From Candidatus Heimdallarchaeota archaeon (GTDB taxonomy: Archaea; Asgardarchaeota; Heimdallarchaeia; Heimdallarchaeales; Heimdallarchaeaceae), in contig JAHLWR010000004.1 in the NCBI GenBank assembly GCA_019057815.1, positions 96,001-160,000 on the forward strand: 64,000 nt of DNA, read 5' to 3'. A program made the position numbers and the translations under genes. The notes under the pieces were generated by a model, which was not told the origin of the DNA, did not search any database, and worked only from the letters and a program-made list of their open reading frames with translations. Shown here one piece after another: positions 1 to 10,503 of this stretch (its first letter is position 1; each line of letters opens with the position of its first letter).

Positions 1-156
1 CTTAGAGTAGTAGGTGAATGATGTACTATTTGAGGGGAAGTCACCATTAAAAAAGGTATAATCTTCATGTTTGTCTGAGACAAAGACAACTATAAGAGTA
101 ATAGTTGCACCGATAACTATCAAGCCTATTAATGTTAAAGCTAAGAACTTTTTCAC
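1..156 (-). CDS. Partial secreted or membrane-anchored protein (runs off the window start)
   Basis: Hand translation from GTG 156: VKKFLALTLIGLIVIGATITLIVVFVSDKHEDYTFFNGDFPSNSTSFTYYSK, open to position 1; basic N-terminus followed by a hydrophobic helix. Confidence 0.5.
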   Translation of the reverse strand, partial: MKKFLALTLIGLIVIGATITLIVVFVSDKHEDYTFFNGDFPSNSTSFTYYSK

Positions 157-480
157 ATATAAATTGAAAAATGATGGTTTATATAACTTCTCAAAAGTCA
201 AAATTATCCTTCTTCTTCATCTTCGGAACAAGAATTGATTTTTTCAAACCAAGATGGTTTTTAACTGAAAACTATCTAAATAATTGAAAAGGTATATTTG
301 TCAATCTAAACTGAAATTACAAACATTCGAAAGTCTTTTTATATCAAAATGCTTTGAAATTACAGAGAAGAATGACGACTATTAAGCTTGAAAAATCAGA
401 AGTTGAAGAACTGATCAATTATAAATTAAGGAATCTACATAAAGAAATTCAGAATATCCTAGACAGATGGAATGAAACTT

Positions 481-1875
481 CTATGAGCTAAGTTCTTTGT
501 ACAAGGACTTATTTTGGTTTAAACGGAACTATGTTGAGGAACAACAGAGCGACGTGAAGGTCGACTCAGACAACCACTACCACCTATCTTCTCAAGTGAA
601 GACTCAGGGGCTACTTTTTTGAGGATGTTTAATGCACCATTAATATCAGCATTCAAAACTAATCCACAGTTAGAGCAAACGTATAATCCTCGATATTTGC
701 GATTGGCTTTTCTTCGCTGACCACATTGAGAACAGGTCTGAGAGGTGTAGGCTTCATCAACTTCCTTATAATCAATTCCATGAAATTCACTCTTCGTTCG
801 CAATTTATGCTTGAATAAACTGTAAGTAATGTAGTGAAAATTCTGTGTAGTTCTCTTACCCAACCTACAATTCTTTTTAATGTTTTTCATTTCCCCAATG
901 ACTATGGTGCCAATATTGTTTATTTTACAATGTTTGATTATCTCGTTTACTGCTTGAGACATGAAGTTACGCAAATAATACTTTCTTTTTCTGTCTAATT
1001 GCATCATTTTGGTGCCAGTTTTGATCTCTTTCTTATCATATTTTTTTTGTAATTCTGCTTTCTTCTTATTCCACCAACGATTAAAAGATTTTATTCCACG
1101 TCCTTCGATTATGAAGGCTGTCCCGTCAGTGTCAACTATTGTTGCGAAATTATCTAACCCTAGGTCAATTCCCAGATATTTAGTTTCGTCAATATTGATA
1201 CTTTCTTTCTCCTTATAATAAACAAACACTATTTCGAAATACATCCCATAACTGCGAGGAAGAATTCTAACTTCTTTCACTTTTTCCGCTCTAAGATGAC
1301 TAGGGAAGCTAAATCTCAAGAACCGTTTATTAAGATTTTTTGTTATCCACTTTCCAAGTGAGAGTCTGATTGTTTTCCCTTGCACTTTAAAATAATCAGG
1401 AGTAAAGGAAAGGTGAAAGAATCCTTCTTTTGGTAAGTACCATGGTTCTCTAACCATTTCGGTGTATTTTCCTTGTTTTTTAGCTTTCATTAAGCTAAAA
1501 AAGGATTTGTAAGCTTGTTCGGCTCTTCTAGCGGTTTGTTGTGCTATTTGCGCTGGTAGACGCTGATAATACTCATTTATTTTTATCTTTGGATAGGCTT
1601 TTTTATATGATAGAAATCTTTTCTTCTTCATCCATTCCTCTTTCATTAACCACAGCGTGTGATTATAGACATTCTTTGACCATCGGGAAAGTTTCTTCAG
1701 TATCCAGTACTCTTCTTTCGATAAAGCTCTAAGATGGTTTTGTTGTACCCGATACATCATTATTCTATTCTTATTTTCCTATTTAAACCCCCGTAAGACT
1801 CTTGACTGAAAGTATTCTCTTCTCCCTTTTTTCTTAGAAAGATTTTTCTATCCTTGTACAAAAAAGAGAACCTAT
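481..1875 (-). mobile_element. TnpB-only (non-autonomous) insertion element with terminal inverted repeats
   Basis: CTAT direct repeat at 481-484 and 1872-1875; ungapped 25-bp inverted repeat 483-507 vs 1851-1875 (18/25, inner 12 bp TTTGTACAAGGA perfect); interrupts a host ORF; no tnpA inside. Confidence 0.9.
519..1760 (-). CDS. tnpB: RNA-guided endonuclease TnpB
   Basis: RuvC-I GIDLG, IVIGE, DEAYTSQ, Zn finger CSQC...CSNC, RuvC-III NADING. Confidence 0.95.
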   Translation of the reverse strand: MMYRVQQNHLRALSKEEYWILKKLSRWSKNVYNHTLWLMKEEWMKKKRFLSYKKAYPKIKINEYYQRLPAQIAQQTARRAEQAYKSFFSLMKAKKQGKYTEMVREPWYLPKEGFFHLSFTPDYFKVQGKTIRLSLGKWITKNLNKRFLRFSFPSHLRAEKVKEVRILPRSYGMYFEIVFVYYKEKESINIDETKYLGIDLGLDNFATIVDTDGTAFIIEGRGIKSFNRWWNKKKAELQKKYDKKEIKTGTKMMQLDRKRKYYLRNFMSQAVNEIIKHCKINNIGTIVIGEMKNIKKNCRLGKRTTQNFHYITYSLFKHKLRTKSEFHGIDYKEVDEAYTSQTCSQCGQRRKANRKYRGLYVCSNCGLVLNADINGALNILKKVAPESSLEKIGGSGCLSRPSRRSVVPQHSSV

Positions 1876-1996
1876 AGATAATTTTGTAGAAAAAGCTCGT
1901 AATGGCACCTATGAGGAAGCTGAGAATGATGCAATTGATATTCGACAACTAGTTTTAGAACAGAAAAAACTACAAGAATTGCAAGAAAAATTGTAG

Positions 1997-2188
1997 TTGA
2001 TTAAAATGAATGCAGATGCAAAGATATTCACTGCTCTGAAGTTTATACAGAATACATTTACAAGAAATATAACTAGTTTTAAAAAAGATGAGGATAGACC
2101 AGTAATAAGCAACTATTTCGATATTGGGATTAATCTTAACAATTTCATAACTCAGAGAAAAATTTTAAAAAGAGAACTAATATGTTAA
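1997..2188 (+). CDS. Short hypothetical ORF, possibly a truncated partner of the interrupted gene
   Basis: Starts immediately after the stop of the reconstructed gene; no recognisable motif. Confidence 0.3.
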   Translation: MIKMNADAKIFTALKFIQNTFTRNITSFKKDEDRPVISNYFDIGINLNNFITQRKILKRELIC

Positions 2189-2983
2189 CTCCCTTTTTTG
2201 AAAAATCCACAGTGATGCAACAAGTGCAACAATCCCCACACCTAGAAGCACAAAGAAATCAACTACTGGAAATACTCCTGATTCTAGAATATTACCTGCT
2301 GCCATATAGTTGAAAATTGAAAAATATTTCAGTATTTTAAGGGATTCAACTATACCTCCAATTCTCACAATTATATACATAGCTAATATCACAAATGCTG
2401 ATACTCCTAAAGCTTTACGTGACTCTAAAAACAATGCACCACAAAGCAAAGAAATAGCCCCAAGAGCAAAGAAAAGCATCCAAATACCAATCAGAGAGTA
2501 AGTGAGAATGGTATAATCCATTTGCTCTCCCATTAAAGAGGTACTTAAATAGGAAACGAACAAAATTATGATTGGATACAACAAGTTGTATGTTAAATAA
2601 ACTAAGAATTTTTCCAACAAAAACCTCCATCGAGGGATAGGTAGGCTAAGCATCATATCAAGAGTTTTTTTGTCAACCTCTGTAGTAATTATTCTTGATG
2701 GAAAGAAGATAACAAGAAACACCAAAATCATTTCTAACCAGAGGAAGATATACATATAGTACATTCCCATCCAAGTGGAAAAGTCACTGATTCCTAAATG
2801 TCCGAGAAAACCAGCATAAATTGGACTCTCCAGAATCTCTTTAAACATTGCTGAAGCTTTCTGTAATTCAGGCCAGATAGCAGAAATCATCGGGACCATC
2901 ATAACAATAAATAGAGGAGGAAATATCCCGCTCTTCCAGTTCTTTAACAGATTTTTTAGATATACTTGTACCATTGCCTTCAA
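2177..2983 (-). CDS. ABC-2 type transporter permease
   Basis: About 6 TM helices, EVDKKTLDMMLSLPIPR motif, adjacent to the ATPase. Confidence 0.9.
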   Translation of the reverse strand: MKAMVQVYLKNLLKNWKSGIFPPLFIVMMVPMISAIWPELQKASAMFKEILESPIYAGFLGHLGISDFSTWMGMYYMYIFLWLEMILVFLVIFFPSRIITTEVDKKTLDMMLSLPIPRWRFLLEKFLVYLTYNLLYPIIILFVSYLSTSLMGEQMDYTILTYSLIGIWMLFFALGAISLLCGALFLESRKALGVSAFVILAMYIIVRIGGIVESLKILKYFSIFNYMAAGNILESGVFPVVDFFVLLGVGIVALVASLWIFQKRELTY

Positions 2984-3913
2984 CTACTCGTAATAATGCA
3001 AGAAAATCTCTTCGAGAGATGCATCTTCAATTGTTATTCTTTCAACATCATAATCGGTGAGCCATGAAAGGAGTTCATCAATATTTCCTTTAATTTTCAA
3101 TCTATATGCATTTTTATTTGATTTTTCAAATGATACAATTGATTGAACAGATTTGAAATCCTTCTCATTAGGGCTATTATTAGACGAAAAAACAATCTTA
3201 ATATTTTGAAGGAATTTATTTTTCAAATCTTCAATCTTCTCTACAAGGATTATTTTACCATCCTTGATAATAGCTACTCTATCACATACAGCTTGAACTT
3301 CGGAAAGATCATGCGAACTGAGAAAGATGGTTATACCTTCAGATTTGAGTTGTTTTATTATTCTATGAAATCTGGAGGTAATTAAAGGGTCTAAACCTGA
3401 CGTAGGTTCGTCTAGAAGGAGAAATGTAGGTTTTGATGCTAGAGCTAATATGATTCCCACTTGTTTTTTATTTCCGGATGAGAGAGTTCTGATTTTTTTA
3501 GTTAAATCAACTGTAAAATTATCTTTAAGTTCTTTTAGAAATTCTTCCTTATGAGGTTTAAATTTGTTGAAATATTTGATTAATTCAGCACCAGTGAAAT
3601 TATCGTATAAAGCTAATTCTCCAGGTATGTATCCTATCTTTTTTCTAATCTCGATATAATCTTTTTTGTGATCAAAACCAAGAACAGTTATTTCACCTGT
3701 TTGAATATGAAGATAGTTTAGAATTGCTCTCATAGTTGTTGTTTTACCTGCACCATTAGGTCCCAGAAAACCAAAAATTTCACCTTTATAGACAGTAAAA
3801 CTAACTTCTTGGGCTCCAATGACTTCCCTTCCAAATTTCTTAAACCTAAGATTAATTTCACGTCCGTAGATTTTTGTTAAATTATCAACTCTAAGTATGA
3901 CTTCACTGGACAT
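2984..3913 (-). CDS. ABC transporter ATP-binding protein
   Basis: Walker A GPNGAGKT, signature LSSGN, Walker B LLLDEPT, SSH switch. Confidence 0.95.
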   Translation of the reverse strand: MSSEVILRVDNLTKIYGREINLRFKKFGREVIGAQEVSFTVYKGEIFGFLGPNGAGKTTTMRAILNYLHIQTGEITVLGFDHKKDYIEIRKKIGYIPGELALYDNFTGAELIKYFNKFKPHKEEFLKELKDNFTVDLTKKIRTLSSGNKKQVGIILALASKPTFLLLDEPTSGLDPLITSRFHRIIKQLKSEGITIFLSSHDLSEVQAVCDRVAIIKDGKIILVEKIEDLKNKFLQNIKIVFSSNNSPNEKDFKSVQSIVSFEKSNKNAYRLKIKGNIDELLSWLTDYDVERITIEDASLEEIFLHYYE

Positions 3914-4036
3914 TTCTTTCGACTGTCGAATAAAAGGTTAATTTATAAACTTATCACTTTTTTCAGCAAATTCCTTCGGTTAGCAACAGTTTCAGTAGAT
4001 TTAACATCTTATTTTCCTTTTTTTATATCTTTTTTT

Positions 4037-5068
4037 TCATCCAGCTTTAAGTAACAAAGCCCAGATCCAATCAATAAGTGTGTGCAGTAACATAGCAGAA
4101 AACAATCCACCAAATATCCAGCAAACACCATAAATAACTCCTGCAATTGCTGCTAGAAGTATATATACCCAGATAAATTCAGGGGAAGTGTTATTCCAAT
4201 GCGTTACTGCAAAAGCAATGGATGCTATAACAACTGCTACCCATCTCCAATAAGGATATATTCTACTCTTTTTTTTCACAATTTTTTCAGTCAATTGATG
4301 TTGTATAATGCCTCTCGCAATTGTTTCCTCGGGTAAAGCTATCGTAAGCCATATTCCTATAAAACTTACAACAAACATCCCAAAACCTGACCATTCAGGA
4401 GACCAAACTAAGAAATCAGTTATTAAACCGATAGGGATAGCTATTACACAAAGAATTAACAATCCTATGAATGGAATGAAGAGTTTCTTCAGAGTGATTT
4501 TCCAGTTGAATTTTTCAGTAAACTCTTCTAATTGAATGGAAAAGAGAAGAAGAATCAAAGCAGACATCCATAAAGCATTAAATTCATACTTCATCTCATC
4601 GAAACCATTAATCACGTCGTAAGTGTATCTATTATCAAACCCTATAGCAAAAATTACTACAGCTGAGATGTGGAAGATAAAATCTATCCTTTTTATGTGA
4701 CGATGCTTAATTATTACAGGAAGAATCATAAGAGCTGTGGGAAGGATATACCAAAGAAGATAGGAATATAGAGCTGAAACAATATCTTGTGAAAATATCC
4801 ATGAAAGTAGAGGAAGAAATAATACTAGGGATATTACTCCCCAATAGAACCATTTCTTTGAATTCAGTAACTCGATAATCTTAACATTCGTTAATGGAAT
4901 AAGAAGGAAAAAAATAACACTTGCTAGAATAAACATGAGAATTGCAAAAAAAACCGATTGAACTGGTGTTCCTTGTGGTTCGACTAGTACAACTGTTACA
5001 GTAAGTATCAAAGATATTATTGCATTAAAGATTGAACAAAATATGAACTTCTTGTTTTCTGGTTCCAT
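4037..5068 (-). CDS. CPBP (CAAX protease/Abi) family intramembrane protease
   Basis: EETIARG (EExxxR), FAVTH and HTLID motifs; multiple TM helices. Confidence 0.9.
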   Translation of the reverse strand: MEPENKKFIFCSIFNAIISLILTVTVVLVEPQGTPVQSVFFAILMFILASVIFFLLIPLTNVKIIELLNSKKWFYWGVISLVLFLPLLSWIFSQDIVSALYSYLLWYILPTALMILPVIIKHRHIKRIDFIFHISAVVIFAIGFDNRYTYDVINGFDEMKYEFNALWMSALILLLFSIQLEEFTEKFNWKITLKKLFIPFIGLLILCVIAIPIGLITDFLVWSPEWSGFGMFVVSFIGIWLTIALPEETIARGIIQHQLTEKIVKKKSRIYPYWRWVAVVIASIAFAVTHWNNTSPEFIWVYILLAAIAGVIYGVCWIFGGLFSAMLLHTLIDWIWALLLKAG

Positions 5069-5159
5069 ATATTTACTAAAATTATGTACTTTTAAATTAC
5101 ACTCTCACTTTTTATTGGTTATTTTTACCTTGAAATTCAAGGAGAAATAGAGATGTCAA

Positions 5160-5618
5160 GTGACAAATACTTTTATTTCAAGAATTATAGTTGAAACCAT
5201 GGCTCGAAAGGTTATGATTTTGATTTTAGGATGTTTTGTTGCAGCTGCAGGTATGTTCTTTGTACTTTCAGCTACTGCTTTTCCAAAACTAGCAGAAGTT
5301 AGCATTTTTCTATCACCCAAATACTCTGTAGCAGACTTAGGTGAAACAGGAATGATTTTTGTTCGTAGTCTATCAGCAGTGTTAGGAGGACTAATGATTG
5401 GATGGGGGATAACAATAATGTATTTTGCTTATCATTTCACTAGAAAAGCAAGGTTATTTCTGTTAATAGCTATTGTAACATGGTTTACAACGGATAGTAT
5501 TGGATCATTATTAAATGACCTCCATTACAATGTTATATTAAATGCTGTTTTTCTTATCTTTGGTTTGACAGTTCTCTTCTTATCAAAAACGGAAGAACAG
5601 TTAGAAGAAAAGGTTTAA
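5160..5618 (+). CDS. 4-TM membrane protein
   Basis: Hydrophobic ORF with GGLMIGWG and WFTTDS; real start is probably the ATG at 5199. Confidence 0.7.
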   Translation: MTNTFISRIIVETMARKVMILILGCFVAAAGMFFVLSATAFPKLAEVSIFLSPKYSVADLGETGMIFVRSLSAVLGGLMIGWGITIMYFAYHFTRKARLFLLIAIVTWFTTDSIGSLLNDLHYNVILNAVFLIFGLTVLFLSKTEEQLEEKV

Positions 5619-5880
5619 AACCATTTTTACTCTTTCTGATAAGGTTTGTCTCGCAATTTTTCTTTAGTATCTATCTGTTCTGTCCATTGAATCCTGCTAT
5701 TATTAGCGAAGGGGACATATTCATGTAAATCGAATGGGTTTCAAAAGATATCTTACTGAAAAATGTTAACAATAAACGAAAGAGAAATGCAACTTAGTTT
5801 TGATAATGAAATGAAAGAAGGGGATTTGATGCGAAATTGGAAAGGGTTAGAAATAGAAAAAGAATTAAGTTGAGAAAATC

Positions 5881-5982
5881 CTCTCCTCCCTACGATAACT
5901 TTTCTATTCTTAGGCTTTGGAATAGTGGCGCAACAACGAAGAAAGAGTGAATAGGTACCTTTTCTTCTTTCTTTATTTCTTC
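5881..5982 (+). repeat. Orphan copy of the 3' end and terminator of the NosD-type gene
   Basis: 5881-5940 matches 8301-8360 at 53/60; similarity continues into the T-rich terminator. Confidence 0.85.
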
Positions 5983-6124
5983 TTACATTTTTTTAGTATA
6001 TCATAGAACTGTCTAATCACTTTGAAGATAGGTCACTCTTTATAGGTTTCCTTCTACCTCTAACAGAAGTATTATATTTCCTAAAGTAGATTGTTATAAG
6101 AATTTAAATCTTTGTTGATGAAAT

Positions 6125-8371
6125 ATGAAAAGACAATCAAAACAGTCTAAAATTACAATTACAAGCGTTCTATGTGTTTTATTGATAATTGGTGGAATAA
6201 GTACGTTCTCAAGTATGAGCGTAAATGCTACAACTGTATCCTATGAACCCCCCTCTCACTTCTCACTGATTCCACATGATTCTATTGAAGTTGCTTCTGA
6301 TAGTGACTTTGAGGTTTTTCCAGGCTCTGGAACAGCTGAAGATCCTTATGTTATTGAAGGGTATAATATTACAACATCAAGTTCAAGTGGAATTTATATT
6401 TATGGTACAACCAAATTTTTCATTGTTCGAAACTGTTATGTTGACGCAGAAAACTATGGAATTTTAATCTGGAATGTAACTTATGGAACTGTAACTATTG
6501 AGAATAACACGTTCAGCAACAACGGATGGGGTATCTATCTAGAAAATGATGGTTCTACCGTTTCCGACAACACTTGCAGCTACAACAACCACTATGGCAT
6601 CTATCTTTGGTATTCTTCTGGTTCTACTGTTGCCAACAACACTTGCAGCTACAACAACTGGAGAGGCATCATGTTTGAGACTTCTGGTAGTTCTACAGTG
6701 GTAAACAACACATGCAATAACAATGGTGGTGAAGGCATCACTCTTTCCTCTTCTGGTAGTTCGACGGTGGCAAACAACACATGCAATAACAATGGCGGGA
6801 AAAGCGTCTATCTTTACTATTCTGATAGTTCAACTGTTGCTAACAACACGTGTAGCTACAACGACTATGGTATCTGGCTTGAGGATTCTAATTCTTCAAC
6901 CGTTGCCAACAACACGTGTAATAACAACTACTACCATGGTATCTATCTAGACTCTGCTGATTCTTCTACTGTTGCCAACAACACGTGTAATAACAACTAC
7001 TACTATGGTATCTGGCTTGAGGGTTCTAGTTTTTGTGTTGTTACTTACAACCTTCTACAAGAAAATGGAGAATATGGAATATATTTACACTCTTATTCTG
7101 ATAACACTCTTATTCACCATAATAACCTTGTAGACAATAATCTAGGAGGAACATCACAAGCGTATGACGATGGAAATAGTAATACTTGGCATGATATTGA
7201 AACACTTGAAGGTAACTATTGGTCTGACTGGTCTGGAACAGATTCTTATGCTATTGATGGTGCTGGTGGTGCAAACGATCTTTATCCTCTTGATGAACCA
7301 ACTTTTTACCTTGGTTCTCCTGTTATTACAGAAATTATCCACTCTCCCTCTTCTCCGACAGAACTCGATACTGTTATTATTAATGCTATTGTAACTAACC
7401 CTCATGGTGTTCAAAGTGTTACTCTACACTACAGAGTCATTAGTGAAATATGGATAGAAGTTAGTATGACTCTTGTGAGTGGTGATCTCTATAATGTAGC
7501 TATAGGTCCTTTTGCAGTTAGCGACACAGTTGAATATTATATCACTGCAGTAGACAACTCTATTCACCACAATGAAGCTACAGGGGATAACTCAGGCTTA
7601 TATTATTCTTTTACAATCGATTCTTCTGACAATACTGGTCCTGCAATTAACGATATCGTACACTCTCCCTCTTCTCCGACAGAACTCAATACTATTAGTA
7701 TAAATGCTACAGTTACAGACGCTTCTAGTGTTCAAAGTGTTACTCTTCATTACAGAGTCAATAGTGGGACTTGGATAGAAGCTAGTATGACTATTAAAAG
7801 TGGTGATATTTATTCTGTGACTATTGGTTCCTTTGCAGTGAGTGATACTATCGAATATTACATTAGTGCCATAGATAACTCTGTTAATCATAATGAAGCT
7901 CTAGAAAATAATAACAGGCAATACTATAACCTATTCGTAGGTTCTTCTGATGTTATTGGTCCAAATATTACTAGTATTATTCATTCTCCCTCTTCTCCGA
8001 CAGAACTCGATACTGTCAATATCAATGCTACTGTTATTAGCCCTTATGGTGTGCATTCAGTTACTCTCCGCTATAGAATCAATAGTGGAACCTGGCAGAC
8101 AATCAGTATGGCGCGTATAAGTGGTGATTTTTACAGCGTAACTATCGGTTCCTTTGCAGTGAGTGATACTATCGAATATTACATTAGTGCACTAGATAAC
8201 TCTATCAGTCATAATTTGGCAATCAACGATAATTCTGGAGAGTATTACTCATTTACTATACTTTCTTATGAGGATGAAACAAGGACTGTAATGTTCCCTC
8301 TTCTCCTACCCGCGATAACTTCTCTATTCTTGGGCTTTGGAATAGTGGTGCAACAACGAAGAAAGAAATAA
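6125..8371 (+). CDS. Cell-surface protein: parallel beta-helix (NosD/CASH) repeats, three Ig-like domains, C-terminal TM anchor
   Basis: Signal peptide, GSGTAEDPYVIEG, repeated TVANNTC..N..GI.L, GNYWSDW, 3x HSPSSPTE domain, TM plus QQRRKK. Confidence 0.9.
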   Translation: MKRQSKQSKITITSVLCVLLIIGGISTFSSMSVNATTVSYEPPSHFSLIPHDSIEVASDSDFEVFPGSGTAEDPYVIEGYNITTSSSSGIYIYGTTKFFIVRNCYVDAENYGILIWNVTYGTVTIENNTFSNNGWGIYLENDGSTVSDNTCSYNNHYGIYLWYSSGSTVANNTCSYNNWRGIMFETSGSSTVVNNTCNNNGGEGITLSSSGSSTVANNTCNNNGGKSVYLYYSDSSTVANNTCSYNDYGIWLEDSNSSTVANNTCNNNYYHGIYLDSADSSTVANNTCNNNYYYGIWLEGSSFCVVTYNLLQENGEYGIYLHSYSDNTLIHHNNLVDNNLGGTSQAYDDGNSNTWHDIETLEGNYWSDWSGTDSYAIDGAGGANDLYPLDEPTFYLGSPVITEIIHSPSSPTELDTVIINAIVTNPHGVQSVTLHYRVISEIWIEVSMTLVSGDLYNVAIGPFAVSDTVEYYITAVDNSIHHNEATGDNSGLYYSFTIDSSDNTGPAINDIVHSPSSPTELNTISINATVTDASSVQSVTLHYRVNSGTWIEASMTIKSGDIYSVTIGSFAVSDTIEYYISAIDNSVNHNEALENNNRQYYNLFVGSSDVIGPNITSIIHSPSSPTELDTVNINATVISPYGVHSVTLRYRINSGTWQTISMARISGDFYSVTIGSFAVSDTIEYYISALDNSISHNLAINDNSGEYYSFTILSYEDETRTVMFPLLLPAITSLFLGFGIVVQQRRKK

Positions 8372-8770
8372 TTTCTTCCTTTCTTCTTTCTTTATTTCTT
8401 CCTTCTCAATGCTAAGAATGTAAAGATAGCTAATATTATCTGGAATCCTTCAACAATACCAGCAAGGATAATTATTTCTCCAAACTCAATGTTCTGGAAT
8501 ATACCTGTATTATTTTCATCTCCGTTTCTTACAATTATGATTATTTGAAAGATTTTTGAAGGGATGAACATTTTAGGGGTCTATTTAGGTCGTTCTAGAA
8601 CAAGAATTTGAACTGGTGATAGCACTTATACTGTGGCATTAGTAGCAGTATTAAGCAACAAAGCCAAGCTGCAACGGTAGTAAAGAAAAAGGAAACAATG
8701 GAATAAAGAAAACAAAGCTAAAACACTTTTTTTCTATTCTATTTCAAGAATAATAATCAATAATTCTTAT

Positions 8771-9250
8771 ATGACCACAAGAAAGATAAGATATATGATA
8801 AGAAAAGCTGTTGGAGCTATTGTAAAATATAATGATAAATTTCTTTTAATTCACAAGGTCAAAATAATGGATGCAGGAGACGCACCAATAGAAATTGAAG
8901 GAGAGTGGGATTTTCCTAAGGGAGGAATAAAATTAGATGATCTTGACTTAAAGAAAGCGATTTTGCGTGAACTAAAGGAAGAAACAGGTTCAAATCAATA
9001 CTTAATCATCAAAGAATTCAAAGAAAAAATCACTTTTACGTTTCCACCAGCTATAAGGGACAAATCAGGTTATCAAAGCCAAGAAACAACAATGTTCTTG
9101 GTTGAGTATGTAGGGGACATAAATGATTTAAACCCACAAGATGAAGAAATAGATGAAATCTATTTTATCTCAAAAGAGGAAGTTATGAAGAAATTACATC
9201 ATCAAGAAATGAAAGACTTCTTTTTAAAAATCAGTTCGTTTCTAGACTGA
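8771..9250 (+). CDS. NUDIX hydrolase
   Basis: Nudix box GGIKLDDLDLKKAILRELKEETG. Confidence 0.9.
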   Translation: MTTRKIRYMIRKAVGAIVKYNDKFLLIHKVKIMDAGDAPIEIEGEWDFPKGGIKLDDLDLKKAILRELKEETGSNQYLIIKEFKEKITFTFPPAIRDKSGYQSQETTMFLVEYVGDINDLNPQDEEIDEIYFISKEEVMKKLHHQEMKDFFLKISSFLD

Positions 9251-9421
9251 TTTTAAAAAGCTTGGTAGAAACTCGTCTAATAGTGCATTCTTATGTTGTA
9301 TACTCAAAGAAGTATGGTTCCAGTGATTACAGAATGAAAATAACTTTTCTAGATTTCATCTTGATAACACTATTTGGTGGAATAAGTCTAACTTGAAAAA
9401 GAGAAAAATTATATTGTAATC

Positions 9422-9675
9422 CTATGACTTTATTTTTTTACAAATTCTTTAGAAGTGCTTGGGCACATCATGGGGACGTTACATCCCCTCTTACACCACC
9501 CACACCCTCTTACAAGGATGCTTACGGTTCGCTTTTGGTTTTTTATTAGATGCAGACCTGAGGATTATAATGAAGTTAATGCATAGCTACAACCCTTTGA
9601 AGGATAATCTATATGACACTATATAGAATTCATTGATTAATACCATAATTTAAAATATATAAAAATTCCATCTAT
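9422..9675 (-). mobile_element. MITE A, TnpB-derived, omegaRNA-like
   Basis: Reverse-complement homologue of 12352-12557; CTAT at 9422-9425 and 9672-9675; right end ...GTCAT; intergenic. Confidence 0.75.
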
Positions 9676-9714
9676 TGGTAGAAACAACCAATCAAATAGT
9701 AAGGAGAAAAAACT

Positions 9715-10008
9715 ATGATAAGCAAATCTACAATAATTAATACCTTAAAACAAGAATTTTCATATCTTAAATCAAAGTATTATGTAAAAAAAATAGGTAT
9801 TTTTGGTTCATTTGCAAGGGATGAACAAAGAGAAACAAGTGATGTTGATATTATTGTAGATTTTAACCGACCAATTGGATTTTTCATATTTCTACAGTTG
9901 GAAGATTATATTAGTGAAAAACTTGGTATAAAAGTAGATTTAGTTACACCTGAAGCCTTGAAACCATTACTCAAGGAAGAAATATTAGAGGAGACAATCT
10001 ATGTCTAA
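9715..10008 (+). CDS. mntA: Minimal nucleotidyltransferase (MNT) antitoxin
   Basis: FGSFARDE...SDVDI and VDLVT motifs; overlaps the HEPN gene. Confidence 0.93.
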   Translation: MISKSTIINTLKQEFSYLKSKYYVKKIGIFGSFARDEQRETSDVDIIVDFNRPIGFFIFLQLEDYISEKLGIKVDLVTPEALKPLLKEEILEETIYV

Positions 10009-10345
10009 CAAAAGAGTAAGACTCTATCTACAAGATATAGAAGAATCAATTAACAAAATCCAATCATTCATTGAAGGAATGGGATATGATGATTTTTATT
10101 ATGACGAAAAGACAAAAGCAGCTGTAATTAGAATGCTCGAGATTATCGGTGAAGCTGTAAAAAATATTCCTAATGAAATTAGAATAAAATATGATAATGT
10201 CCCCTGGAAACCAATAGCAAGAATGAGAGATAAGCTAATTCACGCATATTTTGGAGTAAGTTATAAAATTGTGTGGGAAACAATTCAAAATGATCTTCCA
10301 CGTCTATCACAAACAATAAAAGCTATTCTAGAAGATGGAGTTTAA
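10001..10345 (+). CDS. hepT: HEPN (DUF86) RNase toxin
   Basis: IIGEA and RDKLIHAY (Rx4HxY) motifs. Confidence 0.93.
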   Translation: MSNKRVRLYLQDIEESINKIQSFIEGMGYDDFYYDEKTKAAVIRMLEIIGEAVKNIPNEIRIKYDNVPWKPIARMRDKLIHAYFGVSYKIVWETIQNDLPRLSQTIKAILEDGV

Positions 10346-10503
10346 AAATCATCCACGTACTAGGAAGTGTATTATTTCCAAGTAATTGAAAATAACTTCT
10401 CTTATACATCACTTGTTTTTCAAGTTTTGGTTAAACCAATCTAATGTCTCTTTAACAATTTCTAGGACATTCTTTAACACAGATTTTGCATGTAATACAA
10501 TCT

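Larger units (their letters stand above)
372..1996 (+). pseudogene. Small (77 aa) helical protein gene interrupted by a TnpB element
   Basis: Joining 372-482 to 1874-1996 gives one frame: MTTIKLEKSEVEELINYKLRNLHKEIQNILDRWNETS|IDNFVEKARNGTYEEAENDAIDIRQLVLEQKKLQELQEKL*. Confidence 0.85.

Noticed and set aside
6550-7020. CRISPR-like repeats
   Set aside because: In-frame codon repeats of beta-helix turns inside a CDS; no spacer structure.
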